This document shows positions 12,080 to 26,039 of a DNA stretch of 64,000 nt, one piece after another. The stretch's first letter is position 1, and the number at the start of each line of letters is the position of its first letter. Origin of the DNA: Takakia lepidozioides (Eukaryota > Plantae > Bryophyta); assembly GCA_030704615.1 (NCBI GenBank), contig CM060731.1, positions 53,940,001 through 54,004,000 on the forward strand, read 5' to 3'. The notes under the pieces are model-generated. The model was not told the DNA's origin and did not search any database. It saw only the letters and a list, made by a program, of their open reading frames with translations. Both the position numbers and the translations under genes were made by a program.

Positions 12080-12468
12080 ATCTGACAGGCGGATGAGGAG
12101 TTGTTTGTGCTTGTGGATTGGTGGTCTGACATGGCAAAAGCCTACGCCAAACAACGTACGAAACCACTCCCATGGAAGGCAGGGTCCTCGTCCGCGGATG
12201 CGGCATTGAACGTGAGATACATATCCACAAACGCACAGGTACAACAACTCGACGCGCCCAAACAGGGAGGGTATGGTACAATTCGAAGGGTTAGAATTGT
12301 TGGGAATCAATTCATTCCTCCATCCTGGGAGCTAGCAGGGAAAACGCCCAGGGAAACAAATGTTGAGCTTGCCAAAGTCCAACATAACAATGAGGCGTTG
12401 GCTGTAAAGTTCCATAATTTCGGCATCATAAAGTATTTTACGTTGCATCCATGTCGAAAATGAAGATT
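12080..12468 (+). pseudogene. Protein kinase N-lobe fragment
   Basis: QGGYGTIRRV (Gly-rich loop), ELAGK (subdomain II Lys), NNEALA (helix C Glu) and HNFGIIKY (subdomain IV). It ends at LHPCRK. Confidence 0.7.
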
Positions 12469-12694
12469 ACACAGTGAATCTTCAAGAGTATTTGGATTTG
12501 CAGATTCATTTGGAATGTATGGGAATTGTAGAATGTATGAATCACTTACACACGACTCTGTTAGTGGTATATGTAAGACTGTGACAATAGGCAAGAGTGG
12601 TTGTACTCCTCCAGATGTAGCCCCAATCACTTACATACCACTCTGGTAGTAATAATTCAAATACATGGTTCCTACTTGGACACACTGGATGACT

Positions 12695-12870
12695 CAGTCA
12701 GTGGTTTTAGCACACAACCTAACCACTACATCAATACTGGTAGAACCACTCCGTCAGTGGTTTTAGCACACAACCTAACCACTACATTGATACTGGTAGA
12801 ACCACTCAGTAAGTGGTTTTAGCACACAACCAAACCACTACATCAATACTATTAGAACCACAGAGTCAGT
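12695..12870 (+). repeat. ~56-bp tandem repeat, 3 copies
   Basis: AGTGGTTTTAGCACACAACC.AACCACTACAT..ATACT..TAGAACCAC is repeated. Confidence 0.85.
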
Positions 12871-15731
12871 GATAATATACATGTTTATTCTCGTTTCATG
12901 ACTATTAGAATCATTTAATTCTCACTCACAGAGTTATTTGTGAAGTTGTTCTATTTTTCAGCACATCCCTAAAATAGGGCACGTACATTTGTAATATGGC
13001 CACGTGTCCAAATAATGTAGCCCATAATTGTCTAACTGAATACGAACACGTGTTCGTCGATTGCTAAGTATGATCGATGGATTTGCTGCATCCACGTCGC
13101 ATACAGTGGAAGTGGTATGTGGTTGGTTTACCAGTGTAGTTAGTTTACCACTGTGACACGTAAGCGAACAGCTGCACTCGGAGGCAAGTGATCGTAACCA
13201 CTGTCTTTAACCACTTCGGACACGTTATGTCTTTAACCACTGCTGAGTCAAGATCCACTAGTTCTGGGCCAGAGTGGTTCGGTGTCTTTTCCCACTCAAA
13301 ATGAGTGGTTACCAGAGTGGTTATTCCGTGTTGTTCTTCTAGTGGCCAATCAGTACATTCCTTTGCACAGAGAATGATTGTCACTTTTCATCACCGTCTC
13401 CTCCCCGCCCTAAATTCTCTCAACATGTCCAGGTCATGTACTCCAACACAGTGGGGATTGGAACAACTTGCCCTGAAGTTTGGGGAGAAAAGACCACCCC
13501 ATTCTTACTAGTCTTGGGAGGTGCGACACTGTCGTTAGCTTCTGACCCAACTCCTTCTTCCTTCAATGTTGCCCTTGCGAATTGAATGGTGCCTTTTGCG
13601 TTATCCCACCCATATCTGCTCTTCAACACATCTCTCACACTGCAAATATGACTGTTACGTCAGTCTGATTGATGACAGAACGGTATTAATGGGGAAAGAC
13701 AGCCAACCCTCCTTGTCACAACATACAACGCATACACAAAAGCATTGTTGCCAACTTGCAGAAGTACCAATCTGCAAGGCTAATGCAGACAAACCTACAA
13801 CCACTGGTGATGAAAATTGAAAGCCCTGTTTCGTGTAGGAATTCCAGGAAATTCATTTGGAAATTACCAAACCAGCAGGCACCACAAACCCCTCGTGAAG
13901 GGATGAACGCAATCACACCTAAACCCCCATTCCAGTGTAAACTGAGACCCTACTTTGAAGTAGAGTATCTCGTTTATCTGCAAGCGAAAACAGGACAAAA
14001 TGCATGCGCCCCACCTGCAAAAGCTGATCGTCTTCAAATCCTCGAGGCTATGACACGAAAACCCCCGAACAAAAGAGTGCACTGCTGGGGTGAACAGAGG
14101 CTGTCTGTTGGGTGTTGCAATGGAGAGAGTGCCCAGGGTGGAGCTCCGATTCACGTCCATAAGAGTTTGCATTATCCACGGCTGTGCCCTGTTTGTCTCT
14201 CACATCCAATTGTATCTGGATACTATTCTTGCAAACTACAACGATCAAATAAATCACCCATCAAAGCCAGCAGGATACTCTATCCAAACAGGTCTCGCCA
14301 ATCCCCTCAGATACACTTCAATTCTTGAACCGATTACTCTACAAACACTCCAATGCTGAACTCAATGGCCCACGGCGCACAAATGCTAAAACCCTGGTTA
14401 AACACCTGAGGAAAGGCAGAGGCGACGCTGTAGAGACATCAAACAGGTATTACAGAATGTAACGCTGACCTTCGAATCTTTTTAGAATGTCCTAATACCG
14501 GACGATTAGGGAAATTAAGGTCTATACGTTCTCCTTGAAATGCTCCTGTACTCGAACACAGAAGTTCAGATTCCAGAAGTACCAATCTCTGGATGACGAC
14601 GAACTTCTGATCCTAGGCTACCTATCCATTTCACGTTAACGTCGTCGCATTCAAAGGTGTTTCAATCTCGATTCCCCAGTAAAGACGGAGTACCCACACC
14701 CCAAGAGGCGGCAGATGTTGTGCAGGCGGCTTTTGAATCCTTCGTGACAAAAACTTCCCATCTCAAGGGCACCAGCTGGCCGCCTCATATGCAAGCCAGA
14801 CATCGCAGATTCGGGAGTGTAATATAAAGGTGCACACAATGCTCGTGAAGGGTGAATGGAGCACACGCAATGCACATGATTTTAAGAATATGCACCGTGC
14901 ATGCAGTCTTGTAATCAACTTTTTCACGTCTCTAAGAGGTCACATGGAATTTGAAGTCTGGTTGAACTTGTGTTGTAGTAGAACTTTAGTATACTGCATC
15001 TCGTGAACATTCCAGTCAACGTACATTCTAATGACAGAACGGAACTTATCTAGACTAGATTCCTTGGTGCACCTGGCGTTATAGTGTACTTGCAAGGACA
15101 GGTTTCCTGCAGATCTGAACAGTGTGAGTGACCATAATTGCAGAGCAGGTTTTGCTGCGAAGATGAAGTTTAGGGGTAGCGTCGCTGAATGGCGTCTACA
15201 AAAAGACTTCTGATCCTAGATATCGAGTGCTCACTGGAGGGCTTACGCGGTGAGCACTGAATGAAGTTCCATGTGAGCAAAAGATTGCAGGTGTGAGCAG
15301 AATTCGTACACCGCGGTCGACGGATCCATAGGTTGCATGGATGCAATCCACCCTCCTCGCGCAGCTTGCTTGTGGTCGTCTAGACTGGGAGCTTCATTCT
15401 GGCCCTTTGCAATTGGTGGTTCTTCAGAGTTGCACGAGTCCATAGATTTGTAGAAATCCCTGAGCGCAAGTCATTCACGAGATATCGAGCAGTAGTTGTC
15501 GGCTCAAAGTGCAAGTGAGCTAGTAACACCAGAGCAGATTTACAGACTATACGTACCATGCTCGGCACGGTTCAGTTACGGTTCTCAATTTATGTATATC
15601 TAGATCAGATTACACAAAGGGTAACATCCTTGGGGACACAGGGAGGGGCAGAAGCAATCAGCAAGGAGCAACTCACGGTTAGTTAGTAAGCAGATAGATG
15701 CTCCTGTGCACAACAACAACATTTTTGCATC

Positions 15732-18244
15732 ATGGTGCCACGAACAAGTCTAGCAATACGAGCAAAGATTACGACCGTAATGACTGGAGTAATTCTCCTC
15801 ACTTGTATTCACTTGGCAGAATCGGCAAGGTGGCAATCGGCACTCCAATTCAAACTTCATAGAGATGACAATCGAACGCCAGCAGAAAATTGGCGACACA
15901 ATGCTAATGATAGCATTTTACAGCAGGCGAATTCAGGAACAATGTGGCCAATGAGGTTGCCAGCCAATACAGTGATTGTTGTCAGCAAGGACGGAACTGG
16001 AAACTACACCACAGTCCAGGAGGCCATAGATTCCGTGCCGGATGACAATCCTGCTGAAGTAACCATTCAAGTTAACAGAGGAACCTACGTGTAAGGTCAT
16101 GACTTGGGGAGAATGTCCCTACATCACACACATACACAATCCCCCGGTCTACCAGTTCCAGACTTTCAATATATGTGAATGCGCACTATTAGTATTCTGT
16201 GTAGTATCGCCAAAAGATGATTGATGGATACTGCTGGTGCAGCTGCTTGGAAAGCTTAGTCTTGGTTGTCTATAGGACTGTCATGAAGCCGGCCAACATG
16301 AGCTATTTGACAATTTCCCTAGCAATTAAAGGAGAAGTTCTGGCTGATATAAATTCCATGGACCAAGAAAGTGAAGTTCTTCGCTTGAACCTGTTTGCAG
16401 GGAGAAAGTAACGGTTGCAAGCAACAAGCCCCACATAACAATCCAGGGAGCTGGGAGAATGGTGACAACAATCTCTTGGGGTGATACGAGCAGTTCAGCC
16501 GGTAGCACCTTCGCCTCTGCATCCGTGGCTGTTGATGCTGCTAACTTCACTGCACACAATATGACTTTCAAGGTGGAAGTCTAAGCATTGTACTAGATTC
16601 TACCCCTGCTATATCTGAGTGGTAACTCCTCGAATTTCCTAACCTTTATGGTTTTTAGGTTGTGTGGTAAGCAACCGTAAAAACAGACAGATGTCTTTGA
16701 CCCCGAGCTCTTGTGAACAGGCAGGGTAGAAAGAGGTCAGTCAAATAAATTGTAAGGGTCCGAATGGTTCCTTGTAGATTACAGACTGTTACAGTGTTCA
16801 AGCTTCTAACCCGTGTGCATCGGTCGACGTATTACGTTCAATGACATTCAGGACGCAGTGCACAGTTGCCAGTTTGCTTATGAAGATCCTGAAAATATAT
16901 GGAATTCTTACATTTGCAACTAGTTAGTGTTCTGAGTCCTAGGGAGATGGACAGAATTCAGCCCCAAAGCCACCGCCCGGCGCAGAGGGAGAGCAGGCAG
17001 TTGCTCTCAGGATTTCTGGGGATATGGCTGCTTTCTATAGCTGTGGGTTCCTTGGGGAGCAAGATACCCTGTACGATTTTTCGGGCCGTCACTACTTTAA
17101 AGACTGCTATATCGAGGGGGAAATTGACTTCGTCTTTGGAAATGGACAGTCTTTGTATAAGGTAAGAAATCACAGTTGAGCTTATCGGACCAACTCGTCT
17201 TACATATATTTGGTCAGCACCTAACCCGATTTCAATTCTAAAAATTTCTTTCTGTACACTTCATCTCATGCTGATTACAGAGAAACCTGCTAGGGATTTC
17301 GCATTCAAGCTGCCCCAGTTTGTCGATAGAAAGGCTCCAAAGTTTCATTTGGTACAGGCTGCAACTTCCTCCGGAAAGGTTCAAAGAGAGAGGCGATCTG
17401 TGAGAGAGACCGAATTTTTAAAGGGAAGACCTTTACAGTACATACATCCCACCAGTCAGCGATCGATCCATGGTCAAAAGCAAACCTTTCCGCATTTTGT
17501 TGTCGGATCGGGTGGGCCATTTGAACCAGGAAATTGTCGAAGTGCTCGGTAAGGCATGCTAGAGGCGCAGCTTGTAGAGAACATGATCTGTATCTGATCG
17601 TGGCCCACCTTGTTCATGAAATTACTGCGAACTTACGGAAGGATTCGGTGATAAACTCAACTGCTACGACAAGTGGAAGCGTAACAGCTGATGGGCGAAC
17701 AAACAACACCGAGACCACTGGCTACTCGTTCGTGGACTGCTCCATAGTGGGGACGGGCTCAATTGTACTCGGAAGGGCATGGCGCCCGTACTCGCGCGTG
17801 GTCTTCTCCAACACGTACATGTCTAACATTATACAGGCCGTCGGGTGGGACGACTTGGGCGACACCGGGAATGATGCGTAAGTATTCCTGCACACACTCG
17901 GTTTATACTTTCTCGTGATCAGCAAAAGTTTCTTCCCCTCTCGAGTCTACATGATGCGAGTTAGCGCACAGGACCAGAAAGGATCATTGAACGCTTTATT
18001 TCCCTGGAGTATTAGTCACAGTGTTGACACACCATCACAATGGCAATATTCACAGTATGCTTAGAGCTTATGATGGGTTCGACTTTAATACAGGACTGTG
18101 TTCTATGGAGAATACAACAACACAGGACCAGGTGCAAACATGACAGGAAGAGTCAACTATGCTAAGGCACTCACACAAGCCCAGGCCAAACCATTCATGG
18201 ACATCAGCTTCATCGATGGCTCTGACTGGCTCAAGGAAACATAG
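15732..18244 (+). CDS. PME: Pectin methylesterase (CE8) without a PMEI pro-domain; exons 15732-16090, 16401-16572, 16955-17161, 17642-17877, 18094-18244
   Basis: GT-AG introns join in frame. Motifs [44 protein letters not shown] and [12 protein letters not shown]; hydrophobic N-terminal segment; stop TAG at 18242-18244. Confidence 0.93.
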
Positions 18245-21200
18245 ACCCTGCCCAGATTCCATTGTAGTTCAACATCCCACATCAAGCTGTCGTTCAAATG
18301 TCATGCTAGAGAATCGAACATGTTCAAAGCACTGAAAACATGTCACCTTCCCTCAGTTCTTGTTACCGATTTGTTGTAATTCAAAGACCAGGATACAGCA
18401 AACTTAAATAGAGAGATGGAGACGATTATGCGTGGTGGACGCTCGATGCTACTTACATACTCACGTGTACGTCTGAAGCACGTATGCCTAGATAGCATAG
18501 CATTAGAAAGAAAACAAGGCAGCGTACCCAGTTCCAGATGAGAGACTCGTAGACTGCTGGGTTGTTTGGCCATGTATGTCATCTAATTCTCAAACCGAGC
18601 AGTGGACTGTACGATTGTTACACAGATGCAAACCAGTCCCTTGGTAAGAAGTAAAGCGTATCTTCATAACTTCCTATTATGACAATGATCTGATATGTGA
18701 GAGATTACATTCCACATCTCCCAGCAGTAAGCCACAACTCGGGCAAGCTGTGTGGCTGTGGAAATCTGATTTTTACATAGCCCTGCACGGTCTCGGGTTT
18801 CATGCGAAGACACTCGACAAAAAATTCGCCGCCAAACTTCCCCATCAGTGACTCCTGCAAAAAGATCTTCTCTACCTCAAAAAGCGCAATCATCTGTACT
18901 TGAGTGTGTCACAGCATGTCCTAAAGCGTCTGGAGACTACAAATCTGCATAGCAAATTTCAATCAAGACCTGGACACTTCTCCTCCAGTACTTTAAGTGC
19001 TAAACTGATCATTGTTTGAGAAAAGTTGACAATGTTGATGAGTTCGTCAATATTTTACAAGGAAGAGAACCCCTCTCTGCCCCTTCCTTTGGCCAACAGG
19101 ATCTGGCTTACAAAAAGTCCAACCTCCTCTTGATCTCCTTCTGGCTTGAGGGATGAAAATTGCTGTTGTGGTGTAGGTCTTTGGAATCAATGCTCGAGGT
19201 TAGACAGGAGTCCACAGACGATCATCCACGAAGGGCGTGGCGGCATTGGGCATCCATAACCATTGTTTCCATCCATGAAAACAACAGGCCTCCACACCTC
19301 CTCGCTAATCAACTCGCAGCCGAAAGCGACAGTCGGTGGCCCTGATTAGCCTCCATGACAAAGACATCCATGAGAGAGCCAAGGATGTCAGACCACACAT
19401 GAGAAAGACCCAGACAAATCTGCACTCCTGCTTTAACTTAGCAAAGCTCCAAAAGTGCTCAGCCCGTGGTCTGCACGTCTGCAGTCTGCACTCTCCTCTC
19501 TCTCTCTCTCTCAAGTGGGTCGGCAGAATTTTTCTCTTACTCTCTTCATGTGCTCAGATGGCGACCACAGGCCAGAAGGTCCAAAAGGAGGTGCGGTGGG
19601 CGGCCATCCTGCAGCAGCAGCATGCTCCCCCCCTGACACGCCACAATCTCCTCCCCTTTTTTCTGTACCACAACACTTTGTTTTCAACAAGCAAAGTTGA
19701 GTGGGGAGTCGCCCTTTGAATCACATTCAGAGAATTTGATTTTCAAAAATCAAAATTTCAAAGAGCATCACATTCAATGTACGGGTACATTGTGCGTCAT
19801 CACGAGAAGAGTGCACCTCCCGCTCGGCGAGACTGCCTGTTACTATGACAGTCAGTAGGTGGAGGCCGGGTTCTAACCTGCTCCATCCCCCTCCTTTGCA
19901 GCAAATGGAGCACAGGCCAGGCCCCTCTATCCTCTCTGCTTTTTTTTTCCATCTGGCTCTTGGACGATGTAGATGCAGTCAGGCTTTGACGTCCCCGTTG
20001 CCCAGGACGCCCTGGTTCCACGGAACACAGCCATGACATTGACCCATCCTCCGAGCTCAGGCATCTATCTACCTCTCGGCTACTACCCTTTTACATTACA
20101 CATTTACAAAAAAAGTCATGAATGTTCGTCGGCATCTTTAAGAAAAATTGGCCTCTAAGAAAAATTGGCCTCCATCAAGTTCAAGAACCAGTGCGAGCAA
20201 GGAGCTGGTCCACCGCCATTTAATGGAGACAAACAAGGTACAGCTCCAAGAGCTCCTACGCCAGCATTTTGGCGTGCTTCAGTTCCTCACCCTGCCGTTT
20301 CTCCTGGTCGATCAACTGGAGACGTGCAACAACAATAGTCGAAATTAGCGATCAAATCGAGCTTGCCATCGAGATAGATTGATCATAAAGTATCGAGGAG
20401 GTTACGTATGCACAAAGACTTGTTCTGGCAGCGAACTGCAAGGTAAAGTTCTAGCGTGAATTAATCTACGTGATGTATCCGTGGATGAGAATGAACGTCA
20501 TCGGCATCTGAGCAACCGAGGAGCAGCTTAAAGGCCTTACCATATAGCTTGGAAGGCCACCAAGTTGCGCTGATAAACATACACTACTCCTGAAACAACA
20601 CCTGTCCATAGCATGTGAGGGAGATGTGCCCGAAATGCTAGTATTCTTGTTTGATCTGCATTATATCCGGATCTCGAATAATTAGTAATTTACACACAGC
20701 ATATCCCGTTTCTTGTTTCTTGTAAGCCGGCCTGCAAAATATGTAGTTAAGGCCTCTGCAGAATATTTCTGCTGGTATGCATTACTCCTTACAAATTGAG
20801 ACAAACCTAATATTCATGATCTCGGTCTTAAGGACATTTCAGTTTTCATATGAATGAGAAGGATGCATAAACTCGAACTTGGATCCATAATTTAATACCA
20901 GTGAGAATGCCTGAAAGTCGCAGTGCTAGAACATGAGGGTGGATGATCTTCAGATTGCTGCAAGCATCCCACAAAATTTCGGTGCTTTCAAAGGCTTGAA
21001 TGATATCTAGCTCGCTCGGGCTGCGCGCACTTGATTCTCAACTTGGAATTATCTTGCACAGACCAATTGAGCCCGGTATTCTACATACTAAAGTTCGATT
21101 CAGCACTGTTAAAGATAGAGCAAGAACTTTCTAAACGACCGGGATATCCTTGATGATCATTAGACAAGAATCAGTGAGGCTTATGTACACAGCAAATAAT

Positions 21201-21415
21201 TTATTGGCTGACCGCACAATTCAAGAATAACCTGGTGTACATATTATTATTTGTTCTATAGTATATGTGGAGGACTTCCGCTCTCATAAACTAACAGAGC
21301 TCAGTGTAGATAGTGCATATCAGAGAGAAACAATGGTCGTTCAGGGCCGGTACTATCTAGAATGATGAGACTTCTTGAATGTTTTCTTCCACGGTGGACT
21401 GGTCATAAAATTAAT

Positions 21416-21797
21416 CTAGAAATTTGAGGGCAATAGGCCTGCGCCCTGCAAGTGACGGTAGTACCATATGTTGTCGATGTCAATTGATGTCGGCTTCTTC
21501 TTGTTCAGTTTTGCACGCATCGTAGCTGCTATCCTGAAGGGACCAGGGGAATGTTAACATAACAACATTACACTATACATCGTTCAACTGGTGGTCTAGC
21601 TTGAAAGTAGATGCAAAGTCTAGATCTCCAGATCATATGATAAATCGGTCTCCAACCTCCAAGAATGCATCACATCGACCTACTGAGAACTGCACTTACA
21701 TAGACCTGTCTACATTTTGGGACTCTTGTACAGAAATACTACTTTTGTAAGATCTCTGCTCAGCTTCTTTCAAATATCTGCCGACATTACCACTCAT
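21416..21797 (-). CDS. Candidate small two-exon gene (~71 aa); exons 21797-21700 and 21533-21416
   Basis: ATG, GTAAGT donor and CTTCAG acceptor join in frame: MSGNVGRYLKEAEQRSYKSSISVQESQNVDRSMIAATMRAKLNKKKPTSIDIDNIWYYRHLQGAGLLPSNF*. No homolog recognised. Confidence 0.4.
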
Positions 21798-23446
21798 GTC
21801 AATGCGTCATCTGTTTGGAACTTAACAGATTTGTCCCAGGGGCTCCTTTTTGCCAGAGAATTGATCAAGAATGTAAATGGCAACAAAGGAAAGAAACAGA
21901 AACAAGAAACGGAAGGGGTGGCAAGAGAGGGCCAGGATGTCCATTGCGAGAAAAGACGCGAGGGATGTCCGATTGAGAAGAAGTTATGAGCGATCTCCAG
22001 TGTGGCGGGGCAAGAAAGAGGACGCATGACGCAGAAAGTAATTGGGAGGACCAAGTTATATGTCAACTTTGCCCAATGCTTTCCATCCGTCCAATCATCG
22101 ACTCCTTATCATCCAACCCACAATGAAAGTAAGGGTTCCAAGTTTTGGCGGGGGTTATGAAGGTCCACAGCAGAGAGTGTGTGGGAGCAGCCAATAGCGG
22201 GGCTTGCCATGGGGTGGGCCTTGGTCAAGCCTACACGTGTGGGCAGTGGAGAAGCGGAGCAGCCTTCTGTTAGGGTCCACAATGCTAATAAGTAATTACC
22301 AGTTCCTCCTCTCTCCTCAGCAACACCACAACGGACTCACTAAGACCCGCTTAGAAGTTTAAGGGCCAAGCAAAATAAGCAACATGTCCTCAAATAGAGT
22401 TATTATGTTTGTCGCCCTGAGATACTATTATTGATTAACTGTTATGGTTCAAGTACATGGGGTTGCCTTTCAGACTTGCTTGTCACTTCCCCAAATCATG
22501 AGGCTTCTACCAGTAGAAGGATAGAGCGCAAGCATTTCCCCATAGATGGACAAATGTTGAAGCTGCTTATGACGACAACGACGACGACGAGAGATCACTC
22601 GTGCTCCCGTCGTCGCGTCCCTTGATGACATATGCCCCTTTGTTTCATTAGGGGGAATTGGAGATAATATTGGAGAGATTGTTCTTCCCCTGAACATTTT
22701 TGGTTTGTGAGTCACGTCTATCAGCACTTTGTTGGTGTCTTCCACGCCACAGGGTTGTTATATGAAATCTACAGATGAATATTTTGAAAACGAAGAAAGC
22801 AGAGTCTGTATACTATGAAACCTTGAGACAACACCTCTTTCTCAAAACCCAGCTCACCTTCGCAGACCACCCCGGCCACGCTAAACGCTGGTCTTTTCTG
22901 GGACAAAATGGGATTCAGCCAAATTTGCAATATCTGGTCAGGACTCTCTTTCAGTAATCAGTCCTGCGATATTAGTAGGGAACGTTAGAGCAAAGCAAGG
23001 CTATGACAAAATCTTGGCATCAATCCCTCTGCTTTGGCTTCATACCCTGTAAGTGGGACCTATCCAGCCTTCTGGGCCCTCTGCATTTTAAACAATCAGC
23101 TTGAGCACCATCTTATTCGTTCAACATGCTGACAGCCATCACCTAACAGCCTTCCCTTTCAATGGACCCAATGTACTGTAAATTATATGATGAAGAAATA
23201 TGTAAAGCTAACATATCAGGCTCCATTGCTCGTACGCTAAAGAGCACTAAACGAAAAGTTGTGACCAGCCACAATATGGTGACCTTACTTTTGATCAGAC
23301 CCACTTTAAGATAATGTCGGTGCTTGAGTCAGTCACACAGTTGGCAACTTGAGACGCTCAGTGCCTAGCTTGAGCTGCTCACGTTGGCAACTTGAGTCGC
23401 TGAAACTCAAGCCCTCAGTGCCCGACATGAGTGGAAATGGAGATAG

Positions 23447-23640
23447 TGTAGAAACGAGCACGTATAGAAACAAGTACCGTAGAAAACAAGCAATGTCTAG
23501 AAAAGAGCACCGTGTAGAAACGAGCACAGTATGGAAACGAGCACCATGTAAAAACTAGCACTATAAAGAAACGAGCATTGTAGAAACGAGCACCGTGTAG
23601 AAACGAGCACAGTATGTAAACGAGCACCATGTAGAAACGC
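23447..23640 (+). repeat. GTAGAAACGAGCAC minisatellite array (copy 1)
   Basis: About 11 copies of a 16-18-bp unit. The preceding leader (CAACTTGAG...CTCAGTGCC...GAGTGGAAA) is shared with the array at 26040. Confidence 0.9.
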
Positions 23641-23644
23641 TATC

Positions 23645-23990
23645 AGTGGGGGCATGTCCACCTTGATTGGGGAATTGCGTTTCCTCTTTCCATCTGGGCA
23701 GTCTATTTTCATGTGTCCTTGCTTTCCACAATTGAAGCATGTTGTTCCATGAGAGTCCTCCATCAGCTTGACTGTAAAATAGTTGCCTTTGATCTTGATG
23801 TAATTTGGAATTTTGTCTTCGTTGGGGCATCATAATCACTATTTTTGGTAATCCATTTTCCTTCAGTTTCGACGCAATGGTGACTCCTTTCCATGCTTCT
23901 TCTTGCCTTAGATAGTCCAAGCACATCTCTGGGTCAAAGACTGCAAGGCATATTGGAATTCCAGGGGAAGATATTATTCACATTGAGACC
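23645..23990 (-). mobile_element. Degenerate retrotransposon gag fragment with zinc knuckle
   Basis: CFNCGKQGHMKIDC (CX2CX4HX4C), frameshifted relative to the upstream frame. Confidence 0.6.
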
Positions 23991-24001
23991 CATCTCATCA
24001 C

Positions 24002-24247
24002 TTATGGAGATCGGCCCCAAAGCAGGCGTCGCAGTTGTACATTGATTGCGAGCCGGACAAACCTCACTGGGGCTGGAGCTGGCTGGAGCGATGGATGGCA
24101 GCGCGTCCATGGGAGAACAGAATCTTTGACAACAGCTCTGTTTCCAAGGATGTGCTTGAAAGCTATTCTGTGAAGAGTGCTGACGGTGACCATGTAGTGA
24201 AGATGTTGGAGAGTGATTCTGGGTTGAAACAGCAGAGTTCTTACTAA
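24002..24247 (+). pseudogene. IQD: IQ67-domain (IQD) protein gene fragment
   Basis: LWRSAPKQ..LYIDCEPDKPHWGWSWLERWMAARPWENR is the hallmark IQD motif. No IQ67 exons were found upstream. Confidence 0.8.
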
Positions 24248-26039
24248 ATTACAAATGTTGAAATTCCATTTTGTTAAGTACAAAATTGAATAATAATACA
24301 TAAATATAAATTAAAAAAATGAAATTGTCTGGTTGGCAGAAAATAAAAGCCTCTCGCAAGAATTCCCAATTGGTACAGGTGATCAAAATGCCGACCTCCC
24401 CGCACCCAATATTTCATTGAACATGCATCAAAGCACACTCCAAACTTCCCATGTGCTCGGCAGTTTTCCCTGGCTTCACTATAGAGTCACCTTCACAAAC
24501 TAGGCCTGCTTTGCGTACTGTGCTTCCAGATTCCAGATTTCTCTACTCTGTTACTCTCTAGGTCTCTGTTACTCTACTCTGTTTCCTTGATGTTAGCATG
24601 TGGCAGCCTGTTCTCTCCTTCTCCTGACCCTCAAGCTTGCTCTTTCAGACAACCCCAATTAACTAGTGTAGTTATGGTCCGTGCTCATGCTTACGCTTTT
24701 TTAGTGGGGCTGCGTGCAGAGCCCACTGAAGTAGTAAAGTAGCACACGGAGAACCCTCCTCTCCTTCGTATACCCTCTCAATGTCAGGGTGGCGGCCCCA
24801 CCCTCTGAAGCTGTCGTCTACAAGGCTGCTCTGCCGCCACTCGTCTCAAGTGTCAACCCCACGTATGTTATCATGTCGAGATAAACTCAGCTACACCAAG
24901 TAGTGAAGAGAGTAGAGAGGGAGATATAGTCGACCCTCTAATAAGGAGGTAACATTTATAGAATATAAGAAGGAGAATGAAGGCAGCGCAGTAGAAAACT
25001 ATCTGGAAATGACATGGTTTCAGAACTCGAAATATTCACAAACAGATGAGGTGCCAAACACTGCTTCAGGGATCATTAAAATCCTTCAGATCTACAGAAG
25101 CGGTACAGATGAGTAGAGCGACGGGAGTGAAGTGTTAAGCCTCTGGGTTATAAAGACGGCAAGGCTGACGATTGGAAAGCGTCAGTGCGGGGCCGTTTCG
25201 TAGCGACATGTGTGGCCTGCGATGGGCAAAAGCTGAGCTTAATTAGAGGTGTGGAGCTCGGAATTGGAGATGGACATGTACAGGTTCGTCAGGACAAGTT
25301 GGCAGGAGTCATCGAATGATAGCCCTGATGTGGGAGGCGAGGTGGGTGGTGTAGAGATTTGGGAATGCAGAGAGCATTGTGGCCATGGTGGGGGAAGTCC
25401 AGTCTTGGTGGGAGTGAGCGAGTCTTCTGCACCTTGGAAAGCATGCGAATGAGGTTGAGGAGGGCCAGCAAGTACGCATCGCTGACAGACGGGACACGGG
25501 GATGCAAGAGGTGGAAATTGCAAGGCCAGAGAATTGGGTTGCGTTCTCGTGAGCGAGGAAGAGAGAAGCAGCTCCATGAGGGCAGGCTCTTGGTAAACGG
25601 TGGTCGCGGGAATCGACCAAGTATTTGAAAGATTCCCTGCATTCTAAGTGAAGTAACTCACCTCGCGAGTTGCTCCCCGGGGGGCTTTCTCCATTGTGTG
25701 GGTGCGCTGTCTCGAGAACTGGGTACAGCTGGTGGTGATGGGTTTTGACCGTGAATGGCAGGTTGATAAAGTGCTGTGGGTCACCTTTGGCAATCGAGCT
25801 CCAATGGCACTGGCATTGGTTGCGCATTCGTTGACAGGTAGACCTTCAACTCTACGAGATTTATGTAGTCTTACGCTACTATCTTCTGATTTTGGTATGT
25901 GAGCATCGTGAAAGTATTTTAACTTGTTGTTCACTGAATCTTTGTAATTTGCGTATTGGAAGGGCCATGGGAGATGCTTGCTGAGTGCTGGACTTCAGCC
26001 GCTCAAGTTGTCAACTTGAGAGGCTGAGTGCCTGACTTG

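Noticed and set aside
13420-14400. ORFs of 70-190 aa on both strands
   Set aside because: No recognisable motifs or consistent exon structure.
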